A DNA stretch of 47,584 bases, filler included, from Sphacelaria rigidula (taxonomy: Eukaryota), in NCBI GenBank assembly GCA_964200075.2. It is 2 parts of 2 records of this genome, joined end to end, with 100 filler letters (N's around TTAATTAATTAA, not from the genome) between each part and the next. Parts side by side here need not be neighbours in the genome. Positions count along the whole stretch, not along the records: positions 1 to 23,750 come from CAXNAA020000247.1; 1 more part is not named here. One strand, given 5' to 3'. This document shows positions 10,179-22,643 of the stretch, one piece after another (positions within the stretch are counted from its first letter, which is position 1; every line of letters starts with the position of its first letter). The position numbers and the translations under genes are program-made. The notes below the pieces were generated by a model. That model saw only the letters and a program-made list of their open reading frames with translations. It made no database searches and was not told the origin of the DNA.

Positions 10179-10725
10179 GAAATGTACCACTTCCTCTGTC
10201 CCACAAGTAAGGGTACCGGTACGGGCCCTTAACGATACCCAATCGGTTTTTTTGTAAGGGAACTCTACGGTGTTTTTTGGATGAGAAAAATGTGTTCAAA
10301 ATTTGCAGCTTGTGCTTGAACCATGCCGCCGAACGACTGCAAAAAAAGTAGTCGGCCCAAAAATGGCTGTTCTTTGCACCTTTCCGAAAGGAAAAAGATT
10401 GTCGATTTTTTTTTTCTTGAATTCTTTTTAATCGCCCCCGCCTTCACTGGGGCTTGCTGCCAGGAAGTCCCACGCGATGAAAAAAAAAAAAAATGACACT
10501 TTTTTTCCCTCGGAAAGGGCCAAAAATTGGGCCGATTACTTTTTTTTGCAGCCGTTCGACGGCATGGTTCAAGCACGAGCTGCAAATCTGCAACACATTT
10601 TCTTGACCCAAAAAACACCTAGAGTTCATGAGAAAAAAGAAAAACGATCGGACATCGTTAAGGTCCCGTACAAATTCAGGTACCTTTACCTACGGGACAG
10701 AGGAAGTATTACTTTAGTACATTTT
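10179..10725. mobile_element. Foldback/MITE-like element, imperfect arms of about 240 bp with a loop of about 60 bp
   Basis: aactctacggtgttttttgg...tttgcagcttgtgcttgaaccatgccgccgaacgactgcaaaaaaagtagtcggccc is mirrored by gggccgattactttttttgcagccgttcgacggcatggttcaagcacgagctgcaaa...aaaaaacacctagagtt; outer cacttcctctgtccc / gggacagaggaagt. Confidence 0.85.
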
Positions 10726-12032
10726 GCATGAGCGTGGTCGTCATTCCAAGTGACGTGTGTACTTGTGATAGATACTGATTGGCTTATTTAGGTCTCCTTT
10801 CTTCAGCATTCGACTGACTCTTTAGTTGGTCGGTCCAATCTCCCGATACATAGTACCCAAAATCGGGCCCACAACAGTACAATTGTATCAAGTCCGGTAC
10901 AGTTTCGGAAAACCTCGAGGCCATCTTCAATTCCCCGCGAGATTGGAAATCTTCCCTGTTTCACTGACGAGGTATCCCGACAGGACGTGAAGGGGTGTCC
11001 ATTCTTTTCATCCCTTCATCGTACTAGCCAGGTTATTCAGATCCGCAGTCGCAAGGTACGAGCTGGGCCATCCTAGACACGGATTCCAGCTCTCAAAGCA
11101 ACATCTCGTCGACACGGACGACATGGGCCATGATCCGCATATTGTATAAATCGTCCAACCAAGGGGAAGGTGCCCACCTGCTCAAACGTTTGGGCCCATA
11201 TTTTATCGTTGATGAAACCCCATGTATAGTAATTCCTAGACCTAAGGGAGATGGCGTGCATACTGAAATATCTGTGAAACCCCCGATCGACGCATTCAGT
11301 GGATGACGACGAATTTTGGTGTGGACATTCCCTGGAGCACGGAAAGACGATAGACACCTTCATCTTTACCAAATTCTTATCCATCTCGAGGTATGGCACA
11401 TATAGGTTTCTACACTAAAACAAGTATATTACGAGCAGCTGCACAAGATTAACTAAACCTGGATATCGCGTCTCAGTTTTTGAGAGTTATGATATGAAAT
11501 CTCGTATGGAGAACCGTTGGTGCATGATAAAACGTATGAACACAGCTTTTTCCACTTTTTTTTTGTCTTTTTTTTCATTTTGTTCGTGTTTTTGGAGCAT
11601 TTTTGAGGGAAAATGAGCACTGCTTGTGGGCCTTGTCCCCTTTTTCTAGCTCGATTTCTAGAATGGTAATATGCAACTCAGGATAAAAAACCACAGAGGT
11701 ATGCTGAATAAACAAAAAATGCCGTACAAAGGCCTGCAAGCTACATATCCGCGTCTCCGCTGGCCCAGGTCGTACCGTTCCGGAGTACCCACGCAAAAAA
11801 TAATCGCTTTCCCTCCGGTGCGGAGTATCTCACTGCGGTAGCGAGCTGCGGGCTGGAGTGTTTCCCCTCTTAAAGGAACACACCATCAATACATGAGCTC
11901 GGACGGGGAAACTCTAAGCAGCTGTTTCTCCTCTGCAAGAAATACACAGTGAGCAGATGAGCTCGGACGGGAAAACGCTAAGCAGGGCCACATCAGTAAC
12001 CAACCATGACATCACCGGGAGGAAGCAGAAAT

Positions 12033-12170
12033 GGTGCTTCGTCTCGAAAAGGATGCGTGGTCAGTGGCCAAACGACCAAGGCAAGCAATAAGTGAGTACG
12101 CCCCCCGCCCCCTCTTTCGTCCTGGTCTGGCGAGAACTCGGCGTGATCCATCCCGGCTTTGTAGGGGCGG
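12033..12170 (+). repeat. Poly-C-associated short repeat family, variant A followed by the start of variant B
   Basis: gtgcttcgtctcgaaaaggatgcgtggtcagtggccaaacgaccaaggcaagcaataagtgagtacgcccccc; homologues at 23851, 23921, 32428 and 37097. Confidence 0.85.
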
Positions 12171-12586
12171 ACCCCCGATGGGGTCCGCGTCGGTTGGCGA
12201 TGACGCTTTGAGAGACATCGCTTACTGTGTCAGCTAGGCAACCAGGTTACCGGTTTGTTTCGCGCGCTTGCGTGTTTTTTGCGGTAACCATTACGGTAGT
12301 CGAGCTAGATCATGTTGTGCGGCGTGGGTGAACCTCAACTCCGCACAAAGGGGATGATCGTACTACGTATTGTTCAAATGGTGAGACGCCCATGAGGCGT
12401 TGTGTAAGCCGTGGCTGTCTCTGGAAATGGAGATACCCGAAAATGAAGCAAGTCATCGCAGGCTGTCATCCGAATGCAAGATTATCAGTAGGCTTCGGGC
12501 CGAAAAATCTCAGCAGGGTGCAGCCCACCCTTCATGCAACACGCCGAACACACCGCGGCGCTTTGCGCATGGTGACTGAGAGCGAG

Positions 12587-12686
12587 CCTGGTCCGGCGAA
12601 AAACCGGCGTGCTCCGTCCCGGCTTTGTAGGGATGTGAGATCAATGGTACTATGACTATGGCATGCATGATCATGAGTACACCCCA
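12587..12686 (+). repeat. Poly-C-associated short repeat family, variant B
   Basis: cctggtccggcgaaaaaccggcgtgctccgtcccggctttgtagggatg...tcaatggtactatgactatggcatgcatgatcatgagtacacccc; homologues at about 37171-37233 (+) and 39730-39838 (-). Confidence 0.8.
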
Positions 12687-12854
12687 CACCTGCCCCCCTC
12701 AACGTGTCCCCCTCAACGTGTCTGGGGAGGACATGAAGCGATCTCATCCCTGGTTGAGAGAAGTAGGGGGACGGAGTTGAATGTAGCTTTGATGGCGCCA
12801 CATGTCTCGATCTGTACGCAAGTCGGGGGAGCCTAGATTCGGAAGTTCTTTTCG

Positions 12855-14405
12855 TGAAGGGCAATGGGCTAAAATAGGTATACCATCTCGTTCTTTGCCT
12901 CAAAAAAGTACGAAAAATGGCCAGAAACGCGAAAACAGCACAACACGCCATTATGACCGTTTCGCTCCGAGTCTTTCACGCATGTCACTCGGGCGGGCCC
13001 TTGGTACCGGGGCCTCAAAACAAAAATGGAAAAAAAATAACATGTTACTCCAGAAACCGCTTCCCCTTTATAGGCTAAACACTCACCAGGTATATTGTTT
13101 TCAGGAATTCTTTTTCAATCGGACTCTATCTGGGCCACCGATCGGCCGAGGACGTACCTGTGCTAGGCCATCGCGTTCTACACTGTACCTGATGTGGCAC
13201 ATCGCGCGCAAGGGAGTCTACGCGCCAACTCCAACAATGGCGCCCACACCTTCGGCTCTTTTCCCGCTCATTTGCCGTTCACGGACGCTACAACGATCAC
13301 GCCCCTGTCTCCCCGGAAATGGTTCCCGAGTCTCTCCGCATCGACACCATAACTGGACTCCCGACTCACAGCGCGTCGGTCTTTTGTGATCCGGGTGTTG
13401 TGGAACACCGTACTGTTGCGATCTCGGGGCTGGTGTCAGGGTCAAGCTAGGCTCGTCCGTCACCAACCGGCGGTTGTCGCATCATCGATGGTTGGTTCAA
13501 GCAACGGATACAGTACTGGCCGTCACGCATATAGAACAGTTCTGCGGACACAATCCGAACTTCTCGCTGGCGTCGGTGATTGCTATGCACGGTCCCGATA
13601 GACGTGACGGATGTGTTCTGCGAGTGTTTTCGTTGGACACACGTTAGTCTGTACTGTAGTGCTGGACGCTAATACCGTTATTTCCCCATGATTATATGCG
13701 TGACGGCCAGTGGTGTATCCGTTGCTTGAACCAACCATCGATGATGCGACAACCGCCGGTTGACGACGGAAGAGCCTAGCTTGACCCTGACACCAGCCCC
13801 GAGATCGCAACAGTACGGTGTTCCACAACACCCGGATCACAAAAGACCGACGCGCTGTGAGTCGGGAGTCCAGTTATGGTGTCGACGCAGAGAGACTCGG
13901 GAACCATTTCCCTGGAGAACGGGGCGTGGTCGTTGTAGCGTCCGTGAACGGCAAATGAGCGGGAAAAGAGCCGAAGGTGTGGGCGCCATTGTTGGAGTTG
14001 GCGCGTAGACTCCCTTGCGCGCGATGGGCCACATCGGGTACAGTGTAGAACGCGATGGCCTAGCACAGGTACGTTCTCAGCCGATCGGTGGCCCAGATAG
14101 AGTCCGATTGAAAAAGAATTCCTGAAAACAATATACCTGGTGAGTGTTTGGCCTAGAAAGGGGAAGGGGTTTCTGGAGGCCAGACGTCCGTTTTCGCGTG
14201 GCCCGTATATCGCGAGTAACATTTTTTCCCCCGTTTTTGTTTTGAGGCCCGGGTGCTAAGGGCCCACCTCGTGACATGCGTGAAAGATTTGGAGCGAAAA
14301 CGTTCAAAATGGCGTGTTGTGCTGTTTTCGCGTTTCTGGCCATTTTTCGTACCTTTCTGAGGCGAATAACGAGAAAGTATACATTTTCTGGACCGTTGTC
14401 CTTTG
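12855..14405. repeat. Large inverted repeat: arms about 12855-13533 and 13693-14405, spacer about 160 bp
   Basis: Near-identical ORFs on opposite strands (13386+/13583-, 13218-/13760+). Arms align base by base, ending in gccgtcacgcatata / tatatgcgtgacggc. Confidence 0.95.
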
Positions 14406-15519
14406 ATGAACCCCAGTATGGCTCAGATTGGGGGAGCCTAGATCGGGATTTTCGATTTTCGCACCAAAACCCCCAATCTGCGCTGATATCGGGTAAGAGT
14501 GGAGCCCACCCCAACCTGTAAAAAGGTGACGTAGGTACAGTAGTGACATACGATGATAGGTCAAGAGGAATTCGATCCTTTTGAAACCGCAGCAGTAAAG
14601 TCTCGTGTGACAGCACGGACCGTGCCTACTTGTCCCAGGTGCTGGGGTAGCTTCGTAGCAACGGTAGCGCACACGGGGTTTGACAGGCGGGTAAGAAGTG
14701 TTGATGCCGTGCTCTGCGGCGATGGTAATACACTGCACTGCACTGCCGCGAGTATTACCGTGACGGACGGGTCTGTACCACCCTGCTGTGTGTTGTCGTT
14801 GTGCTTGCAGGGTGCTGCACGGTACTGCACCCGTACAGGACACTCCACTCGCACACTGTCCTCGTAGTACTGACTGTACCATCATGAATCACCGCACGGC
14901 ATTATCGTGTACTATGATAATTTAGTAGCGTACAGTGCAACACTGTATCATACCTGACGGTACCACGGTACGACCCTATCCTCGGAGGATGATTCACTGC
15001 CTGCTTGTTCTTCGGCTTCACTAGAAAGCTATAGCACGCCCAGCAGAAAATGCTCCCCCGTGTACAGAACCATATTCAACAAACCTGTTGAACCATGATA
15101 AGGACCCTGCAATACGATTTCCACGAACGAATCGCCTTGATTCTGGATTTGTCCCCATTAAAAATCGTCTAAATAGTTCATGTGTTTAGGTGCATCGCCA
15201 TTCGTGTGTAACCGGCCAAAACGGTGGATACCACCCGTGGGACATATCATTTGGGAAGGGGGGAAATGTGTACATGAGATATCTGGAAAAGGAGTTTTCT
15301 TCTTCCCTATTATTTCCATATTTTAAGTATCCCGAGAAAAAATCACGTCATCATCATGTCACTCAGGCAAGAACGGTGGATGCTATACCCCTGAAATCAC
15401 GGTATAAAGCACCCTCCGGAACGGCTATTCCCCTCGTCCCCTGCGCCACCATGCACCCCCTCCCCAAATTCGACTTCACCAATGTTATTCATATACCATT
15501 GTGCACCATCTGTCAAGTT

Positions 15520-15785
15520 TTGAACACGTCGGACAGCTCATGAGATACCTGGAATTAATAATCGAACGGGACTCCCAAATCCCTCGTCCAGTAATACAAA
15601 GTACGTGACAGCAGGGTGCGAGAATCTAAAGCACTTCCTCTGCGCATCGCCGCGTGCTCAGTGCCCAGTACTGTAGGGAGAAAATTTTGGAAGGGGGCCC
15701 AAAGGAGCTAGCTCATGATCCGGATCAGTACACTGACAAGAAGTAATTTTCAGGAAGCTCATGAGGTGTCCAACGTGTGAAATTG
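15520..15785. mobile_element. Small MITE-like element with imperfect TIRs of about 40 bp
   Basis: acacgtcggacagctcatgagatacctggaatta vs taattttcaggaagctcatgaggtgtccaacgtgt. Confidence 0.6.
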
Positions 15786-15956
15786 TGGGCTCTTAGTGAG
15801 TTTACTAATGTATTGAACTCGACAACTCAAAGCATGGCCTGGAACAAAGTGGGACTGCCCTAGGGTGAAGACGAAACCGCGAGCTGAAAACCAAATAATC
15901 TTGTAAGGCCAAGACCGTTTCCTATAGTCACGAATCTATCCTTGCACAAAGCTGAG

Positions 15957-16346
15957 GGTTTCAGCCCGCCTGCACGCGATTTTTTTCCCGCGGATATTTT
16001 TTTCGGAATCCAGTCCACTGGGCAATGTTTCGCGGCTAGATGTGGGAAACCATAAAATGTCTCCGATTATCTGCATATTGGCCTCTGTCGGGTCACCGTT
16101 TTGCTCAAATCAAGAAACGCCCGAACATGGATTGACAACGAACGGAAACTGCAAATCTGTCCCTCGCGCGCACATATTCTGCAGTGTCTTGGTTGAAGCA
16201 AAGAGGTGACACAACAAAACTCAACGTCAAGATAATTGGAGAATTGATTGCTTTCGTCACAACTAGCCGAGGAACACTGTTCAGCGGGCTGGGGTCCGAA
16301 AAATAAATCCACTGGAGAAATTCGCCCGTAGACGGGCTGAAATCCT
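15957..16346. mobile_element. Degenerate foldback/MITE element (arms of about 85 bp, may extend further)
   Basis: ggtttcagcccgcctg...ggatattttttcggaatccagtccactgggcaatgtttcgcggctag is mirrored by ctagccgaggaacactgttcagcgggctggggtccgaaaaataaatcc...gacgggctgaaatcc. Confidence 0.7.
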
Positions 16347-16508
16347 GGATGTATTCGAGTACAGATTTGTCCCCCCCAAAACACGTTCTAAGCGCCCAAT
16401 CTTCACCTTGACCGAGAGCTTCCAGCATCAAGCACTTGTGTATAGAGTGGTAGCCTATCATTACGCAGTACCGCGCGAGTTTCATCCAATCGTGTTCCAG
16501 AGCAAGTG

Positions 16509-17411
16509 CAGGACGGGAAGAGTATGTACTTTTGAATACTCGGGTGAAATACCCGGGTATTTACTGTGCCCAAGGTCTGAGTATATTCGGTACGGCCTCA
16601 AATACCGTGCCAAAATTTTGGGTAGATTGGGTACCACCCCAAATACTCTACCCAATTATGGGAAAATCGGGTTCCACCTCAAATTATTCAATCGCGTACT
16701 ACCTCGAATTATTCACCCAATTGTTGGGGAAGCACTGCAAGCCATACCTGGGTATGGGGCCGCTTCTTACAGTCTGAAAATGGGCTCTCCGAGAACTGCC
16801 CTTTTGGAGCCTCTTTATCGCGGAGTTTTGGCGGAATAAGGACCTTGGCGGATTGGGTCTCCTCTGAAAGATTTGCCATGTTTCTCACGAGGGTTCTAGC
16901 GCACTTTTCCGATTTTCGTGCGCCCAGTCTTACTTTTAGCCGGGTTCCCGACTTCTTCAGTTGCCCCAAAAATCTTCGAATCGTCTGGTTAAAAACTTGT
17001 TTTTCCCGACAACTGGGCGATTTTTGGGGCGACTGAAAAAATCGAAAAAGTGCGCTGGAATCCTCGTGGAAAACATGGCAAATCTTTCACAGGAGGCCAA
17101 ATCCGCCAAGAGCCGTATTCCGCCAAAAATCCGCGATGAAAGGCTAAAAATAGGCAGTTCTCCGATCTTCAGTTTTGATACTGTTAGAAGCGACCATAGA
17201 GTATCGCTTGGGTGTAGCCTCAATACCCTACCCATATATTGGGTAAGCACTCTCAGCAAATACCAGGGTATAGAGCATCACTTGGGTATGACCCCAATAC
17301 TCAACCCAAATATCGGGTGAGTTGGGTACGATCTAAAATACTTTACCCAATGTGTTGGTAGATTGGGCAAGATGTCAACTGTCTACCCGAATATGGGTGA
17401 GCCTCGTCCTA
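16509..17411. mobile_element. Non-autonomous element built of sub-repeats of about 40 bp (TTGGGTAGATTGGGTAC..CCTCAAATACTCTACCCAA), interrupted by a foldback element
   Basis: Sub-repeats lie on both sides of the 16756-17195 insert. The same left end (cagg.cggg..ag.tatgtacttttgaa) occurs at about 18070, and a related right-end fragment at 19895-20048. Confidence 0.7.
16756..17195. mobile_element. Foldback MITE (almost fully palindromic, about 440 bp), nested insertion
   Basis: ggccgcttcttacagt / actgttagaagcgacc termini; internal tgaaagatttgccatgttt / aaacatggcaaatctttca and ttcagttgccccaaaaatc / gatttttggggcgactgaa. Confidence 0.85.
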
Positions 17412-18067
17412 GCACAACATTTTTTCATCGAGGGAAACGTGCGGTGGAATTGATTTGGGCAAATTCCGTTCACTTCCCGCGAGTTGGGTCCAAGCGAATT
17501 CGCAAGCTTTTGCTCGAAAAAAAAACAGTAAAATTATTGAAGCGGTAATTTTTCGCTTGTATACAGTACAGTACTGTACTATCTGCGCTGTATGCACACA
17601 GTATGCCTGAGAGTGTGTGTGTGGGGGGTGTTTTGTACAGTAGGATATGAGAGAAGCGGGTAACGTGAAAAGCAGATAGCACACGACTATCTGTACTCTC
17701 TGCTTACGGTACGACGTGAACAGGATTTACACAACGTGCAGCTTGGTACTGCCCGCACTGTCCATGAGTGTACGCAAGTCGGTTGTCCACTTCACCACGC
17801 AGTTCCGCCGCCGATCCCCACCACGGAGAAAGATGCTCAAGTTCTCGACAACGGAAAATAAACACATCATACCCAACTACTGGAGGATATCTACCCCCGT
17901 GCCTAGGTCGTGCTCTATGCTGCAGGGTTGCGGTAGTAGCTGAAAATGAGTTGTGTGGGGTTTGCATAGTTCTGTGAACGGGTAGTATCTGGCGTGGTGG
18001 TCTGCAGGATAGGAGTCAAGTGCCCCTTTGTACCTTTGTTCCACATTGTTTCGATCGACAAAGCCAA

Positions 18068-18251
18068 GTACAGGTCGGGTGAGGTATGTACTTTTGAAAA
18101 TGGGTTAAAACAACTCGGATATTTAATCTTCCCAAGGTTTGGGTAGATTGGGTACGGCCTCAAATACTCTTCCGAAACTAGGGGTGGATTGGGCACAACC
18201 TCAAATACTTTACCCAAATCTTCGGCAAGTATTCTCAGCAATACCTGGGTA
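18068..18251 (+). repeat. Fragment of the TTGGGTAGATTGGGTAC sub-repeat element
   Basis: Aligns to 16509-16755. Confidence 0.75.
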
Positions 18252-18513
18252 TCAGCGTTATTCCTTCACGATAATATGGAGGCGGTGGTTTGGAAGGTTA
18301 GGCGTCAAGATAACCCAGACCTCGCTGTTAATGACGTCAGAACTGGGAGGATGTGGAGATTGGTACTACAACGTGGTGTCACGGGCACAGCGGTAGCCGC
18401 GCGAGGCGCTGGGGGCCCGGTATGCATTGAAACGGTGGATACCAGGGTGACGGTACATATATATTTTGGCACTTTCTGCCTGATGACGATTATACTGGGT
18501 ATGGTTTCGACTT

Positions 18514-18770
18514 AATTCAACTTCACGGTCGACGAGGGAAAGGGACTGGTGAACCCCTCTCGCGATAAAACAATGTAGGAAAGCACCGCAGGAAGAGGGT
18601 GGAGGCTTCAAACAAGAACAAAAACAAAACCTCCTGTGTTGGCCTTCCTTCTGTGTGACCCCAGCTGGTGCGCCCATATAATTTACGGAAAGGTGTAGAC
18701 TGGCGTCCAGAATAGATGGGATGGTAACACAGGACACACACGTGGCATTGGTCGGGCACGCAGGCTGCAA
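18514..18770 (-). repeat. Dispersed repeat (GGTCACACAG...TCGCGAGAGGGG...CCCTTTCCCTCGTCG family)
   Basis: Reverse complement aligns to 38205-38422. Confidence 0.85.
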
Positions 18771-19894
18771 CGGATTCCGTCGGCCCCATCATCAATCTTT
18801 GCCCATTGCGAGATGAACGCCCGCAGAAACTTAGCAACTAGGCATCGGTTGGGCTCCGTTATATATCTGAGGGTCGGGGGCTGAAAGTTCCCGGTCCAAG
18901 TCGCTCGACAGGTCAGGTTTACGCTTTTGTAGCGCGACCATTGCGTTCTGCCACAGACCCTCGCCGGTGTTCCCGGCAGGGGGCAACATCTCCGTGCAAA
19001 TAGTAGCAATACCAGCGTACCCAAGTTGCTGACAACCTGGAAGCCGGCAAGGTGGTTGCAGTGGTGTTTTCTAGCGATATCAACTTACAGTGCGCTGGGA
19101 GGAAGTTTGTACGTGTATATTTCGGCGATTGCCCCACTTACATTTTGCCCACATCTTGCGGTTTTTTTCAAGGTCTCATCGCGTTAGATCACACTTGGGA
19201 ATGTACCGTGCCCTCGGCAAAAGATTTTTACAGTCAGTACGTGAACGATGCAAAAGAGTGCACTGTGCATAGTATGGAATCTGTTTTCTGCTGCAATTTG
19301 CGCAAAACTCGTACTTGTAGTCGGTAGCTGCACGCACTACACTTTCGTCGCGGCACAAGCGTCTGCATTCATGCCTTGACAAACTGAGAGACAGCGGGGG
19401 GGCAATACCGCACAGGGATAGGTTGAAGGTGTGACGTGCTGCGGTGTGGTATGTATGTCACTCTGCACCCTGCTGCTGGGCAGGGAGCAGGTAGTCCCGC
19501 CCAAGGCGTCACTGCTGCGGTTGGTACGCAGTGTCAAACACAGACGGCAAGCAGTATTTTGTATGTATGTGTTTCAAGACCGATGCACACACGGTGGGGC
19601 TCTCATCAAGAGAACCCTGCACCAACTTCATCCTGTTCTAGCGCATACAGACATATTTTCAGCAGAAATCGCTTGCGATATGTGCTGTGACGGATCTTGT
19701 GCGTGATGCGGCTTTCTCCATCGTGGGGGGTGACCCGTCAAGCTAGTGCCCACCCCTCTTGCCATGATGACCTCCTCTCTCAGCACAAAACAGTTTCAAA
19801 CTGCGGAACATGACTCTGTCTACTAGAACGTACACCCTTCCCAGACGTATGCCTCCATATCATCGAAAAGGAGTAACACTAATTAAGAGCATCA

Positions 19895-20048
19895 CTTGGG
19901 TTTGTCCTCGATACTCTACCCAAAATTTGGGTCGACTGGGTACGAGTTTTTGGATAGTAGTTTATATTTCAAATACCCTATCCAAATTTTGGGGACTACT
20001 TTTCAAAATATCGAGTATTGGGTGTACCCTACTCGACCCGCCTTGCAA
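19895..20048 (+). repeat. Right-end fragment of the sub-repeat element
   Basis: atactctacccaaaatttgggtcgactgggtac sub-repeat; terminal gtaccctactcgacccgccttgca is roughly complementary to tgcaggacgggaagagtatgtac. Confidence 0.6.
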
Positions 20049-22643
20049 CACTCGTACTCATGTCAGTGTCTGTTCTGTTTTCTGCCGGCGGTTGGGAAAC
20101 AGTAATAATCAGTTTGTGCACTGCGAGAAGTGCAATCGAGCTGGACTTCTCGTAAGAGGGAGAAACTGATATTTCCTGTAGTTGGAGGCCAACATGACTG
20201 TGGTTTTATGCTTTATCAAGCATGCTGATCCCATCGTGTATTGATGTTGGTATAGGTGGCAAAAAAGGTGACACTCAACCATGCGCAACTCTGTGTGCTG
20301 GCGCTGGTACTGGTGTTGCTATTTTCAGAACAGTATTTTACCGTGATACACTCGTAGTCGATGCGTGTCGCGTAACACTAGGCGAGTAGCTCCAAGACCA
20401 TCTTAGTGGTAGCGCAGGAACAATGTCCACAGCGCAGTCCGTACAGTTTAGTAGGGCGACTTCGTGTAGAGCGACAGGGTACACTTTGTACGACCCTGCT
20501 GAGGCTACAAGCATCTACGGGGTTTTGACAAGTGAGGATCATCTGCACGAAGCAGGTACTGTAATGTGCCGTGGGTGAAGTGCACTAGTTCCTCCGATAG
20601 GCCGGATATGTGAGTGCTGGTGCTGGCTCGCTGGATCCCTTGCTTGCCATTCTTCTTTCAAAAGTAGTTCACAAACCCTGTAGGTAATTTGTTTGTTTTT
20701 TTGCGTTTCTGCTGCGCTTGCGCAAACGTCCTGAACGAACATTTGAACATAGCCAACACAGGTGCGGACAGACTACCGTAGATTGCGGAGTACAGCACAA
20801 CTCAGCACATACTGCAATGCACGTATGAGGCCTCTGCACTTGGTGCGATACAACAGCATCGCGTGTGAAAAGGTTTCAAGTACATGATGTGACCTCACCA
20901 GTTATGTACTGCACTAGCTTCACCAAGCGCTGGGCCTCGGAGCCCTGCTTGAGCTTGTAGCTGTTGTGTAGCTGCGACCCCGATCTCCTTTTATTAGCTG
21001 TGTTTTGAGTGACATGACATGTGTAACGAACGCCCCCAACGCCCCCCCCCAGCCAATGTTACGCCCAGTTTAGTGTCACGTTTTTCACCACCACCCCCGA
21101 ATCGCGCTTGGTGGAGTAAAATAACTTGACAGGGCGAAATAATGACAGATATCGTATTTCACAGCTATAATACTTATCCTACACTACACCTCGGTCAAAG
21201 TTCGATTCAATTCCATCCAGTACAGCACACGGACGATCGACGGATGATCAGGAAAGAAGCCTACGAAGTCTGTACAAAGCCCAAAAGCCATTTTCCATAT
21301 GGCCTACGCACACGCGATCGCAGATAACTCGCGCTGCACAAACGGCAGCCAGTCGAAACTCAAGAGGCAGGTAGTAACTGCTATTAGCCATCGTTTAATA
21401 GAGAGTTTGATTGTGTTTTTGATCATAGAGTCAGAGCGCAAAGCGGAAGCGTTGAAACTTCAGAGTGGACGCTCAAAAGTTCATCGCGAAAGCTGATGTG
21501 ACGTGGCTTGATGCGGACTTTTTTTTCCCGCATTGATTTGCCGCAGGTTGTGCCGCCAAACAAATGTGCGATCGCCCAGCGTGCAATCATGTGCTGTCCG
21601 GAAATGCACCAGTCAAGACAGCATGTGCTGTTGTCCAAAAATGCACGCTTCGTTGCACCCGTAGTACTTCAATCCACCAGTGTTGCGCCGAAAGAAAAAA
21701 AATATACCGACTACCTGAAAGCCCGCACACAAGAGTCATAGTATAGGACTTCAGGTGGAACCAGCCGCAAAGTAGGTGTATTTCACACGGCCGTCGAGCT
21801 CCACACCAAGGAGTGCAGGTCCGACGCGCGACACCACTGCGAAGCTTTGAACAAGGCAGGAGCGCTGGTGCTGGTTTATGATTGAAAAGGTGACGTTTAA
21901 GTGACAAATTCCCGCGTTGGGTGGTAAGAACACTGTTGCTGTGCACCCTAACCTGGGGAGGGAAAGTTAGTTCGATGTGTGGCGACCACGCAGGTCCAAC
22001 CGGGTCTGCAGCACGGAGACGGTGTTGTGCATCATGTATAGATTCCATGGGGAAAAGAATCGCGTGAAATGGTTCAGTGCACAAGGTTCGCGACACGATT
22101 ATCCGCAGGCACTCCTAGTGGTAAGGTTGGACCGTGTGAAGTTTGACATTTGCAGCAGTTTCTTCGTAAATTCCAATATAAATACTGCCATGCACCGCCG
22201 CTCGCTTTTGTTTTTACTGTACTGTATTTGATGTACATGAATTTATTGTGCTGTGTTTGAAGTAGAGTACCGTACAGCAGGTGTTGTGAGTGCCAGTATA
22301 CAATAAGGGGTTACGTCGCGTGCTGCTGGCTACAATGCTGTACACTGTTCTGGGCATGGATAAGTTCAGGGCACGTTCATTGACCCACAGGAAAAGGGAC
22401 CACGCACCCCAGCCACTGCAAGTGTAGGAAAAGTACTGTATTAACGTCGAATACCCTGTTCGTGGAGACCTAATTGTATATATTTATCTCTTTAAGATTC
22501 AACGGGGGTGCCCCGCCCCCTTCCTCGCGGAGCACGCCATTAACGAACGATGGTTCAGGCCCTATGTTATCGCCACGCTGTTATTGTCAGGTACGAACAC
22601 CTCGCCTCTATTACCCCTCAATGAATGACTTCGTTCCTGTGTC

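Noticed and set aside
12802-14616. ORFs of 150-195 aa within the inverted repeat
   Set aside because: Frames differ between the two arms because of indels, and there are no recognisable motifs; likely non-coding.
19575-20885. hAT interpretation (RPMHTRWGSH and NSIACEK motifs)
   Set aside because: Each is a single short match. Other frames at the same places give motifs collinear with the larger Academ-like series, which explains more of the region.
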